Below are positions 45,201-57,200 of a DNA stretch of 64,000 nt, piece after piece (position 1 is the first letter of the stretch; every line of letters starts with the position of its first letter). The translations under genes and the position numbers were made by a program. The DNA is from Asterias rubens (Eukaryota). The DNA is taken from contig NC_047062.1 of assembly GCF_902459465.1 (NCBI RefSeq), positions 9,362,001 to 9,426,000 on the forward strand, given 5' to 3'. Under the pieces are notes generated by a model. The model had not been told where the DNA came from. It saw only the letters and a list, made by a program, of their open reading frames with translations, and did not search any database.

Positions 45201-48200
45201 ACCCATGGACCCCAGTCATAGCGTGCAACAATTGTTTTGATATTGTTATTCTTCTTCGTGAAGTTCAGTTGTCATCTTCAAACATTATTAAGATGGAGTA
45301 ATGCATAGTTTAAACAAAGTTTAATAAGCAGACGAACAGTTAAAATAAGAAACAATTCTTCACCTGTTCCCTTCGAACCTGCGTGTGTTTCGTACAGCGC
45401 TGGAAATCGACCAACGGTGGGAACAATCAAGGTGATGTACACTGGTGTACATCACTTTCCATGTTACCCGGCGCGCTGTGCATTACGCGTAGTGCGCATC
45501 TTTAGCCGTGATACATGCGTATTTGTTTCATGGCATGTGATTGGTTCTCGACCAATCAAACTTCACAATTTGTACAGAGGTATAACAATCTTAATTGTTG
45601 TACCTATGTAACAAATTGTGAAGTTTGATTGGTCGAGAAGCATTCATATGAGGGTAAACAAATATGCATGACCGTGGCTGCACAGTGTGGTGGGTAACAT
45701 GAGTTTTGTTAACCGGTGTACATTACTTACCCGGTATATATTACTTCGAGGGAACAGTGAGGAATTGGACAACTGTTCGTCTGCTTATTAAAATCTGCAT
45801 ACGTAAATAGTTGAAAATTACAGCAGAACTTTGAGAAGAGGACTAATCATTTTACCAAGGTATAACAAAACAATTGTTGCACTCTGTGGTTTTGTACACC
45901 CTCGCCTCGAGTGCCATTTTCCCCCTAGGTTGTACAAAAACACCATGGACCTTGTCACAGGTGCAATCTTGGAGAGTTAGAAAAACAAATGGTAATTGCA
46001 TTTAATCAATGAAAGCGTAATGATTAAATGAAACTGTTGTTTGTTCTTGCCACCTTATGGGTACTCTTTACATGTGCAACTACATGTCCCCTAATGGAGT
46101 ACTGCTGCTATCACATTTGGGCTGGAGCTTCTGCCTGTCATTTATCTTTATTCAAGATTAAAGCCATTGGACACTTTCGGTAAACAGTAATGTCCAAGGC
46201 CCACACTTCATGTGTCACAACTTCTATATAATAACAAACCTGTGAAAATTTAGGCTCAATCCGTCATCGGAGTCGGGAGAAAATAACGGAAAAGCGCACC
46301 CTTGTTTCCGCACGTTTCGCCGTGTCATGACATGTGTTTTTAAATAAATCCGTAATTCTCGATATCGAGAATTGATATTTTAGTGTTTTCTCAAAAAGTA
46401 AAGCATTTCATGGAACAATATTATAAGAGAAGTCTTTCACCATTACCTTCTGTAAACCCTGTAGGTTATTTGTAAATCTGTGAATTTTAATTTTTTTTTT
46501 CTGTACCGAAAGTGTCCAATGGCTTTAAGCGAATTGTTAATTTTGTTGGTGAAGCGGTGGGATCAACGTAACAACCTCTTTCCTTCTGTAGGTCTGTAGC
46601 CAGCCTCTGTCTTTTCTACAGATTCTTTATTGATACATGTGCCACCAGTGTGTCTGACCAGCTGGTTCCTCCTATCAGTGTGTTTGACCAGCTGGTTCCT
46701 CCTATCAGTGTGTTTGACCAGCTGGTTCCTCCTATCAGTGTGTTTGACCAGCTGGTTCCTCCTATCAGTGTGTCTGACCAGCTGGTTCCTCCTATCAGTG
46801 TGTCTGACCAGCTGGTTCCTCCTATCAGTGTGTCTGACCAGCTGGTTCCTCCTATCAGTGTGTCTGACCAGCTGGTTCCTCCTATCAGTGTGTTTGACCA
46901 GCTGGTTCCTCCTATCAGTGTGTTTGACCAGCTGGTTCCTCCTATCAGTGTGTTTGACCAGCTGGTTCCTCCTATCAGTGTGTTTGACCAGCTGGTTCCT
47001 CCTATCAGTGTGTCTGACCAGCTGGTTCCTCCTATCAGTGTGTTTGACCAGCTGGTTCCTCCTATCAGTGTGTCTGACCAGCTGGTTCCTCCTATCAGTG
47101 TGTTTGACCAGCTGGTTCCTCCTATCAGTGTGTTTGACCAGCTGGTTCCTCCTATCAGTGTGTCTGACCAGCTGGTTCCTCCTATCAGTGTGTCTGACCA
47201 GCTGGTTCCTCCTATCAGTGTGTTTGACCAGCTGGTTCCTCCTATCAGTGTGTTTAAGTGTGAAACCAGACTCTCTGCTTCTTCTCATCCATACACTTTT
47301 GCTTTTCTGAGATGTAGAACAAAGAACCATTCCAACAACTTTATTCCTTGGAGAACGCTGAGCTCGGCCGCCCTCTGTGTCGTCTATGGAAGCAGCGTAT
47401 CCATACCGCATGGTACGCGTATTTGGCGAAATGAAATCGCGTGACACGTGTGTATGGCAAAATAGCAAGATGTCAGCGCACATAGATCGTTTCTAGTGTG
47501 TTCATTGGTCAATGATGACGTCATTGTATGGCAAAATACTTTGCCATACATGCGTAACAAAAATGGCGTATGCGCGTCCATAAAAATGGTCTAACAACGA
47601 AAGCGTACGCACAATGAGACGTTCTCCGGGTTCTATTTTTATGCACACACTGCATCTCTTTAGAACTCCTTGCCTGGTGCATGTTTCCTTCCATCCTACG
47701 ATGATCTAGACTGTTTTTAGAGCAATTTTAATTCCTACCTTCAGCTCACTTAGTTATTTTCATGTTTTATCTTTTTGTTCTTGTAGCCCCTTACAAAGAG
47801 TGGCTTTTGTAGCCTTGTTTAGGTCAACCTTGCACAAAACCTTACACAATTATAATTGTTTGTTTATTTTTAACAAAAAAATGGAAAAGGCCTTGTCATG
47901 AGGTTGATTTATTTCGTCAAGGCATAGACAAACATTTTATGTAATAGTTGTTCTCTTTTTGTTCTTAACAGCAAACAAGTGCCCTGACCCTTATCCAAAC
48001 CTGAAAGATTCGTTGACTACCTGCACAGATGGCCACAATTATAACAGCATTTGTTTCTTTGCCTGTCAACCTGGTTACAGCCTACCGTCCAGTTCAACTG
48101 GCATAAGAACATGTAGAGCGAATAAGGTTTGGACGGGTACATCGAATCCAGTGTGTATCGGTGAGAATAGCTAAGAAATAATTTTTTAGAAAACATTTTT

Positions 48201-51200
48201 TTAGGACTACTGCTACCCGTGGAATCATGGTTTGGTCTGGAGATCTAAGAGTCTACAGTGGCGCCAACAAATTCCAAGCATTCCAAACTTATTACTAATA
48301 ATATACAAATATAATGAGTTTTTTTTCACGTGACTAGTCGAAAGTAGCTCACCTTGGTATTGGAAGATGACAAACTAGTTCCTGGGGTGAAGCCGAGGGA
48401 ACTAGTTTGCCAACTTCCAATACCGAGGGGAGCTCATATCGACTGGTCACCCAAAAAAAACATATTAAATTTGTTGTACTATACTTCCATGACTTCATAC
48501 ATAATCAGTTGTTTTAAAGGCAGTGGACACTATTGGTAATTACTCAAAACTTCTTGTTGACGAGTAATGGGGAGAGGTTGATGGTATAAAACATTGTGAG
48601 AAACGGCTCCCTCTGAAGTGCCATACATTTTGAGAAAGAAGTAATTTTTCACGAATTTGATTTCGAGACCTCAGATTTAGAACTTGAGGTCTCGAAATCA
48701 AGCATCTAAACACACACAACTTCGTGTGACAAGGGTGTTTTTTCTTTCATTATTAACTCGCAGGTTCTTTGACCCATTGAGCTCAAGTTTTCACAGGTTT
48801 GTTATTTTGTGCATACGTTGAGATACACCAACTGTGGAGGCTAGTCTTTGACAATTACCAATAGTGTCTACTGCCTTTAAGCAAGGGAAAATGACGACTG
48901 TGAAATAAGTTTGTTCAATGGATGTCGCTAGATATGTTCGTGCATGTGTACTACAGATGGCCCCCTACCACGATCGTAAAGTGCATGACAAGTAGACTTA
49001 TCACGCGCATTTAACACTTGCTTGATTACTCACGTGCGCGCTTGGTAATTAGCAAAATTAACACCCGGCATATGATGATAAATGGATCAATGAGAACTCG
49101 ACTCTCTGTCCTGAATATGTATGAGAATAGCTTATTGATAACTCAAGCAATCTCAACCTGCTTTAGCACAAGTCTACTTACTGATGAAAGAACTGGTATA
49201 CCTGTCTTGTTAAAGAAAACACCTGCTTTGATCAACTGAGATCCAATCACACGCTTTAATTACTTGGGCACTGGTGCACTAAAACTCTACTTGGACTAGC
49301 TCATCCATAAAACAGTGTATGCTTGTCAGTTTTTAACTGATCCCCAAATCTAAATGCATTTACAGAAAAAAGGGAATTTCATGTTCTTTTTAACATGACT
49401 AATTAAATATTGAATTGATTGGATTGAAAGTGACATTTGTTTTTACAGACACGCAGCGTCCAGTCATAACTTGTCCAAGTACTATATTGGCTTATGCTGA
49501 GTCTGGTCAAACCACTGCGACAGTCACTTGGGACCTTCCGACTGTGACAGACAACTCAAACGAGAAACTTTCTACAAAGCAGACACAAATCGAAGGGCTT
49601 ACTTCTGGAGCTGCTTTCAGCAGAGGTTCACATGTCATCAAATATGAAGTCAGTGATTCCAGTGGAAATAAAGCTAGTTGTTCATTCAGTGTTGTTGTGC
49701 AAGGTTAGTTTACAGTTTAACAGTGTCGGACCCATGTAGGCCCTCATGTTGTTACACTATTAAACAAACATTAATAAATACCTCGGACAGTTTCACTATT
49801 CCTATTGGTGGAGAGCGCGTCTTGTGGGTGTGTATAAACTTTTGTTTATGACCGGTAAAAAGTGTTGAAACATGGGCGTGACACACGAGCTTGCACATGT
49901 GCTTATAAGATAGTTTCTTCATTCCTATTGGTCGAGAACAACGGCCTGGACAGTTGTGTGCCACATCACGCGATACGCGCGACGCCCACAGCATTCCCTT
50001 TTAAGGAGTTGTTTACCCGAAAGCGGCGGAGGGCCTTCCCATTTCATAGCTGAAGGGGTGTTGTGTTGAAAGAAATCATTGAACAATTATAATGTTTGCA
50101 TTTATTTTACTTTTTGACCAAAAGTGTTGATGTTTTATTACTGTAAAGGTATTTATGAATGGGAATCAAAGGTGTTGAATCGGTTTTCAACTAGTGGTTT
50201 AAGCCCGTCGAGGCCTGGTTTTTGATAATTTACCTTGACTTCGTCTCGGTAAAATTATCAAGAACCAGGCCTTGTTGGGGTTACACCACTAGTTGAAAAC
50301 CTCTTCACCACACATTGATTCCCTTATTTTACTATCATAATAAATAAGGAAAGTGCATGATACACAATGTGTATGTGTACTGCACAATAGTACTGTGTGT
50401 TGTGGATGGGACAAGCTTTTTTTAATATGGATATACCGGCAGCCAATCACAGGATATGTATAGGAGGGGATTGTACATGTAAATGCAGCCACGTGTGATG
50501 TCTACTCAATGTGTGTGTGGGTGGCAATACACTGTCGAGTCACCACATGTATTGCTTGTGTGTACTGTGTTGTACATGCAGCCACATATGATATTTGATA
50601 CTCATGTCGGCTTGAAGCCTTTGCTGTGTATCTGTGGTCAATGCTTTCAACATCAAGCTTCAAATTTTAAAGCCGGTTCGGTTCCAGGACCGGCTCCACA
50701 GAGTCTTTTATAATTGGGACTTGGTCTTTTAAAATCGGAACCGACAAAAGCGGGTACCCGGTTCCACAGAAGAGTGGACTCGCGGGTCCAGTTCTCAATT
50801 TGGCAGGTAGAACCTGGTAACCGAAGGAACCGTCCAAGCTTATTGTTCAGTCATTGAAACCAAACCAAGGCTGGAAGACGTACTTTAAGATGTCTCATTG
50901 TTGTATTACTGTAAGTGGGATGTAACCAAGATGGGGTGGTTTTCATGGGATCCACACTGGGGCTGATAAAGCCTTGTATACATTGTCTGTGCAGTTAGAT
51001 TTTCATTTTTACCCATGCACCGACGAGTGTTAGCACTGTATACTTGGTACTTTTTCGAGTCTTGTTAAAAAACATCACAGGCATATTACTTGGGTGGGAT
51101 TCGAACCCACTACCTTGCAATTCTAGCGAGATTGCCTGGTAGCTAAAGGCAGTTTGAATCCTTTGTTTTGGCAGCGGGTACCGCAACAATTTAATAGATA

Positions 51201-54200
51201 ATAGTAATACACATTTTTCCATTGCCAGTTATTCAGTGTTCAGCCCGATCCTTCCTCCCTGGTCAGCGGATGATGTGCACATCACAGTTCAACTTTGGCT
51301 CTGTTTGTCAGTTTGAATGCTCATCAGGCTTTGTGTTGGATGGAAATAACACTAATGAATGCTTACAACAAGCAGAGACTGCTAATGGTGTTTGGAGTGC
51401 ACCACAACCAACTTGTGAAGGTAAGGGTCATGTATGGCTGGTTAAAGACACTGGACACGATTGGTAATTGTCAAAGACCAGTTTGTTTCACTTGGTGTAC
51501 ATGTATCCTAACATGCATAAAATAACAAAGCTGTGAAAATTTGAACTAGGTCATCAAAGTTGCGAGCAAATAATGGAAGAAATAACACCCTTGTTGCACA
51601 AGTTGTGTGCTTTCAGATGCTTGAATTTGAGAGCTCAGCTGAGTATCTTTTAGCATAAGCATTCTCTCTCTCACCTGGGATAACAGACCGATCGATACGC
51701 GCTGCACGCTGCCATGACTGCACCGCCATTGCTGGGAAGCTGGCAGCGCAATGTTAGTGTTTTGCTGCTTGCTTGCCAATACGCCTCTCTTAAAGGCAGT
51801 GGACACTATTGGTAATTACTCAAAATAATTATTAGCATAAAACCTTATTTGGTAACGAGTAATGGGGAGAGGTTGATGGTATAAAACATTGTGAGAAATG
51901 GCTCCCTCTGAAGTGACGCAGTTTTCGAGAAAGAAGTAATTTTCCACGAATTTGATTTCGAGACCTCAAGTTTAAAACTTGAGGTCTCGAAATCAAGCAT
52001 CTAAACGCACACAACTTCGTGTGACAAGGGTGTTTTTTCTTTCATTATTATCTCGCAACTTCAACGACCGATTGAGCTCAAATTTTCACAGGTTTGTTAT
52101 TTCATGCATACGTTGTAATACACCAAGTGAGAAGACTGGTCTGTGACAATTACCAATAGTGTCCACCGCCCATCGCCTCGTTTTGAGTTAGCATTGTGAC
52201 GTACCTCATGCATAAATATTAAGAGATGCCTATGACTCACTGACTTCAGGTTTATTCCATCATTCCCTTCATATTAAAGGCAATCACTTTTAGGCCTATG
52301 TACATGTTATTTTTCTTAAATATGACTTTAACAAAGTGGGGGATAAGGTTATGTTCTAGGAGGAACAATTATTTTCCTTTTTATTGAGTTTTGATTATCG
52401 TTTCTTTTCATCCTTTCTTGGGGGTTTGTTTTTATTCGTCCTCAAACAAGAGTTTTAAGAATGTTTGAATGCCATTTACCTTTTCAGACATTAACTGCCC
52501 GGCACTCAACCCACCAGTGAATGGTACAGTTTCTGGTGATTCCCCGCAGTGCCCTACTGAATATGGATCATTGTGTGAGATTGAATGTGACGATGGTTAT
52601 GAACTCACAGGAAGTGGATTTTTTCGGTGTCTTGCATTGTCTGGAGCGTCTGAAGGATACTGGGACGGTGATGATGCTAGATGTGAAGGTAAGAATTACA
52701 AACATTTCATGCAGACAAACTAACAGACATAGTGTTTGGCTTCAAGAAACCATCTGTCATCTTGCGAATGAGATCATATGAGCAGTTAAATATCAAAACA
52801 GAAATCCCTTTTGTTCATCAATAAGAAACAAGCCTTGTCAACAATTCTGAGAAAGAAGCCCACGGATCTTGACAAAAATCAGCTCACTAAGTGAAATAAT
52901 GGAAACAAAGTTTTGCCACTTTGCCAAAGGGAGGAAAAACTCATTAAGATCTGTACCAAAATATCATTTAGTTTGTATTAAGTAGAATTGAAACTTTAGT
53001 TTATACTGTTCTGACTGTTCTCTTGTGTTCATGAAGCTAGCATAAGTTTGCTTCACACTATTTTCTACTGAGCAGCTTTATGGAATATGGCCATGAGTTT
53101 TTAAATCCTAGAAAAGATGGCCTTTAATAATAAATAGTGCAAGGCTAAAAACAATTGAGATACATTTAACAATGTGTGTGAAAAACGAGCCTACAGACTT
53201 TGTGAACCAATGAACTGTAAAATGCGTATGCCCAAAAAGGTTATCTGCAAGAAACAATGTGAAAGTCTGGAATAGAAAATAAATAATTAGATTTTATATT
53301 TTCATCGCAGTGCAAACTTGCCCTCGTGCCTATATCTCCAACTACGGTCTGATCACCAACCGAGATGAGTGTCCAGCCACCAATCAGGTCCCTGCTGGTT
53401 CTACCTGTCGTTATGCTTGCGAGCCGGGCCATGTACTGGTAGGGTCATCAGAGGTCACATGTGGACTGGATGGCGAGTGGGATTCATTGTTCCCCTATTG
53501 TGAAGGTAAGCAGTGAGGACAAAAACTAAGGTCTAAGGCCTTTTGGTTTGGTCTTAGCTAGAGGGTCATCTTGGTTGTTACACACATTGAAGTTAAATAC
53601 GAAGGTCTAAGGCCTTTTGGTATGGTGTTAGCTAGAGGGCCATGGTTGTTAACACACAGTGAAGTTTAAAACAGAAGTCTAAAGGCCTTTTGGTATGGCG
53701 TTAGCTAGAGGGTCATCTTAGTTGTTAACACACAGTGAAGTTTAAAACTGAGGTCTAAAGGCCTTTTGGTATGGTGTAAGCTAGAGGGCCATGGTTGTTA
53801 ACACACAGTGAAGTTTAAAACTGAGGTCTAAAGGCCTTTGAGTATAGCGTTAGCTAGAGGGTCATCTTGGTTGTTACACACAGTGAAGTTTAAAACTGAG
53901 GTCTAAAGGCCTTTGAGTATGGCGTTAGCTAGAGGGCCATGGTTGTTAACACACAGTGAAGTTTAAAACAGAAGTCTAAAGGCCTTTTGGTATGGCGTTA
54001 GCTAGAGGGTCATCTTGGTTGTTAACACACAGTGAAGTTTAAAACAGAAGTCTAAAGGCCTTTTGGTATGGTGTAAGCTAGAGGGCCATGGTTGTTAACA
54101 CACAGTGGAAGTTTAAAACTGAGGTCTAAAGGCCTTTGAGTATGACGTTAGCTAGAGGGTCATCTTGGTTTTTGAACACAGTGAAGTTTAAAACTGAGGT

Positions 54201-57200
54201 CTACAGGCCTTTGAGTATGGTGTTAGCTAGAGGGCCATCTTGGTTTTTAAACACAGTGAAGTTTAAAACTGAGGTCTAAAGGCCTTTGAGTATGGTGTTA
54301 GCTAGAGGGCCATCTTGGTTGCTCCACTCTGTCTTAAATTTGAATAACCAAATTTATCTTCCATTTGTTGATAAGTTCCTTTGCTGGCCTGGGAAGGGAA
54401 CTAAGATTCACGTAGTTGTGCAAGTCTAAATTTGGTTCAGTTAGTATTTTTGGTTCAGGCAGACTTTTGAACACACATTGTTTTTTTGAACAGATTTATC
54501 TAGTTGTGTGTCTTGGCTGATCAGTGAAGACTAAAAGAGTCCCAGATGCAAGCTCTGGTGTTTCTGATCAGCAGAGTGTGGGTTTGTGTCTCAGTCGTGG
54601 CACTTAGTCCTCAAAGCAAGATACTTTACTTTAATTGCTTCGTGTGGGACAATAAAACATAAGTTTCATGCAGTAGGATTAGGAGTGCCTGTAAAAGAAC
54701 CCATAGCACTTGAAAGAGTGGGGTCTATAACCTTTGTGTTTCTGGTTAACATACAAGCATCCTTGTTTACTGGTTACTCTAAGGCTTTGGAGCTACAGTG
54801 ATGGCCGAGCTGTTAAGAGCACCGGATTCAAGCTCTGGTGTTTGATCAGCAGGGTGTGAGTTCGAATCCCGGTCGTGACACTTGCTACGTAAAATTGCGG
54901 AGGTAGTGCACACTGCTCTACCGGCCAGGCTTCGAATTGATGATACTTAAGCCTACATCCGTTTGGACTGTGAAAGGGGTAACCCTGTTTCAGCCCTAAG
55001 GGTAGGTGGCATCGGCCTCTGGAAAAAACAATTGTAGCCCACACCTTGAGTGGCCTTGAGGTCCTATGTGTCTGGCGACTTGCATAACAATGAATAAAAA
55101 TAAAAGTATTAATAAAAATCTTTAAAATTAATGTTGGTTTGACATGACAAATAAAGCATTCATATACTATGATTGTAGTGACTTGAGAACACATCAAGTT
55201 CTTCCCTTTCTTGGTCACTGATTAAAACGATCAAACAGTTTTCTCTCATCTTTGTTTGCAGCTGTAACTTGTGACAGCAGTATGTTACCTCCGCCAGAAA
55301 ATGGCATCAAAAATGGCTGCCCCCACTCCGAGGAGACGTACGGCACTACGTGTACACTGATCTGTAATGTTGGCTTCATGCCAACACAACCCACCTATGT
55401 AACATGCACTGATGATGGAAATGGTGTGGGTGAATGGAATGGCAACACCATCACATGTGAAGGTTGGTTTATAATAACAACAAGTGCATACAATAACAAA
55501 TCTGTGAACATTTGGACTCAATTGGTCATCAAAGTTGCGAGAGAACATTGAAAGAAAAACATCCTTGTTGCACAATTTATTTATGCGCTTTCAGGTGCCT
55601 AAAAAGGCTGTCAGTCTCAAAGTCTTTTAATATTTGAGTGAAAGGTTCCTCTTTCTCAAAACCTGTGTTAAGAGGGAGCCGTTTCTCACAATTCTGGTTC
55701 AAAATCCTTGTTATCAAGTAAGTTTGTTAGCTTACAATTGAGTGGTTACCAATAGTGTCCAGTGCCTTTAAAATGGGTGCCTCTGTCATAATAATGTTTG
55801 TGATCTTAACCTCCTTCCCAACTATAGAGGTAAAGTGTGATCCATTACCTGTACCAGACATCACAGCGGGATATATGGCCGTCACCTGCACACTTTATGG
55901 GGTAGAGGTTACAGAGATAGACCAACCACTGAGTTATGGCACTGTGTGTGTTACACGATGTGATCTGGGATACATGGGTAGTGGCTCAGGGAGTCGAACC
56001 TGTCTGTTGTCTGGTCAATGGGATGGAATGCCAATACAGTGTCACGGTAAGAAAGTGATGAAGTCTGTTTCTACAGATTTGATTTGATTTTCATTTGGTT
56101 CTTTCTTTGTAGACCAGTGTCTTTATCTTTGTAAAAATACATAAATTCCCTTTCCAATTGTGAATAAATTTTCCGCTGAATTTTGATTGTAATTATTTAT
56201 GCATTTAGCCTAAGCAATTTGCTAGAGTTGACAAAAGCTGAGGTTTTTTTTAACAATTCAGTTTCGCTGTTATTTTTTCTAACTAAGCCTTACTAGGTCA
56301 CTTGTCAGATGCAGAAATGATTTTGTAATCCTAATCAATAACTGTCTAGTGAGCATTTCAAGGTTTTTTGCTGTGATTTCTGAGCAAACCATCATTGAGC
56401 TTTCCTAGAAAGTTTTACTTCTTATATTTCTCTTTTTTCGATTGTGTTGTTCGGTTGACAGATATAACTCCACCCACTTTGATATGCCCGCCTGACATCA
56501 CTGTTTTCGCTGAACGGGGAACCAACTTTGCTGAAGTTCACTACAACTGGGAGCCCATACAGGTATGATTATCAGCTTTATTTGGGATTTCATGGATGAG
56601 AGGAAACTGTAGAGAGACAAACATGAAGAAGTAACTCGTGCTTATACTTTTTGAGCCATAATTACAGTTTATTGCAATGCTACCCTTCTCATTGAAGTCA
56701 TTCAAATGCTGAATTTGTACTGGTATTTTCCATTAAAGACAGCGGACACTCTTGGTAATTGTCAAAGACCAGTCTTTTCACTTGGTGTATCTCAACATAT
56801 GCATAAAATAACAAATCTGGGCTCAATTGGTCGTCAAAGTTACAAGATAATAGTGAAAGAAAAAACACCCTTGTCACATGAAGTTGTGTGCGTTTAGATG
56901 GTTGATTTCGAGACCTCAAACTCTAAATCTGAGGTCTTGAAATCAAATTCGTGGAAAGTTACTTATTTCTCGAAAACCATGTCACTTCAGAGGGAGCCGT
57001 TTCTCACAATGTTTTATACCATCAACCTCTCCCAATTACTCGTCACCAAGTAAGATTTTATGCTGATAATTATTTTGAGTAATTACCAAACGTGTTCACT
57101 GCCTTTAAGTTACAGTCTGCTTGTTTAGTTCAAATTTGTGCGTGTCTAACTACACAGGTTTTGGAAGCCAGTGGTGACACTGTAGCAACGCTTGAGAGTA

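Noticed and set aside
46563-47483. 306-aa HTDRRNQLV repeat ORF (-) and the overlapping + strand ORFs as host genes
   Set aside because: The 30-bp stop-free array opens several frames. The only meaningful frame is the dead LINE ORF2 on +, which has stops on both sides.
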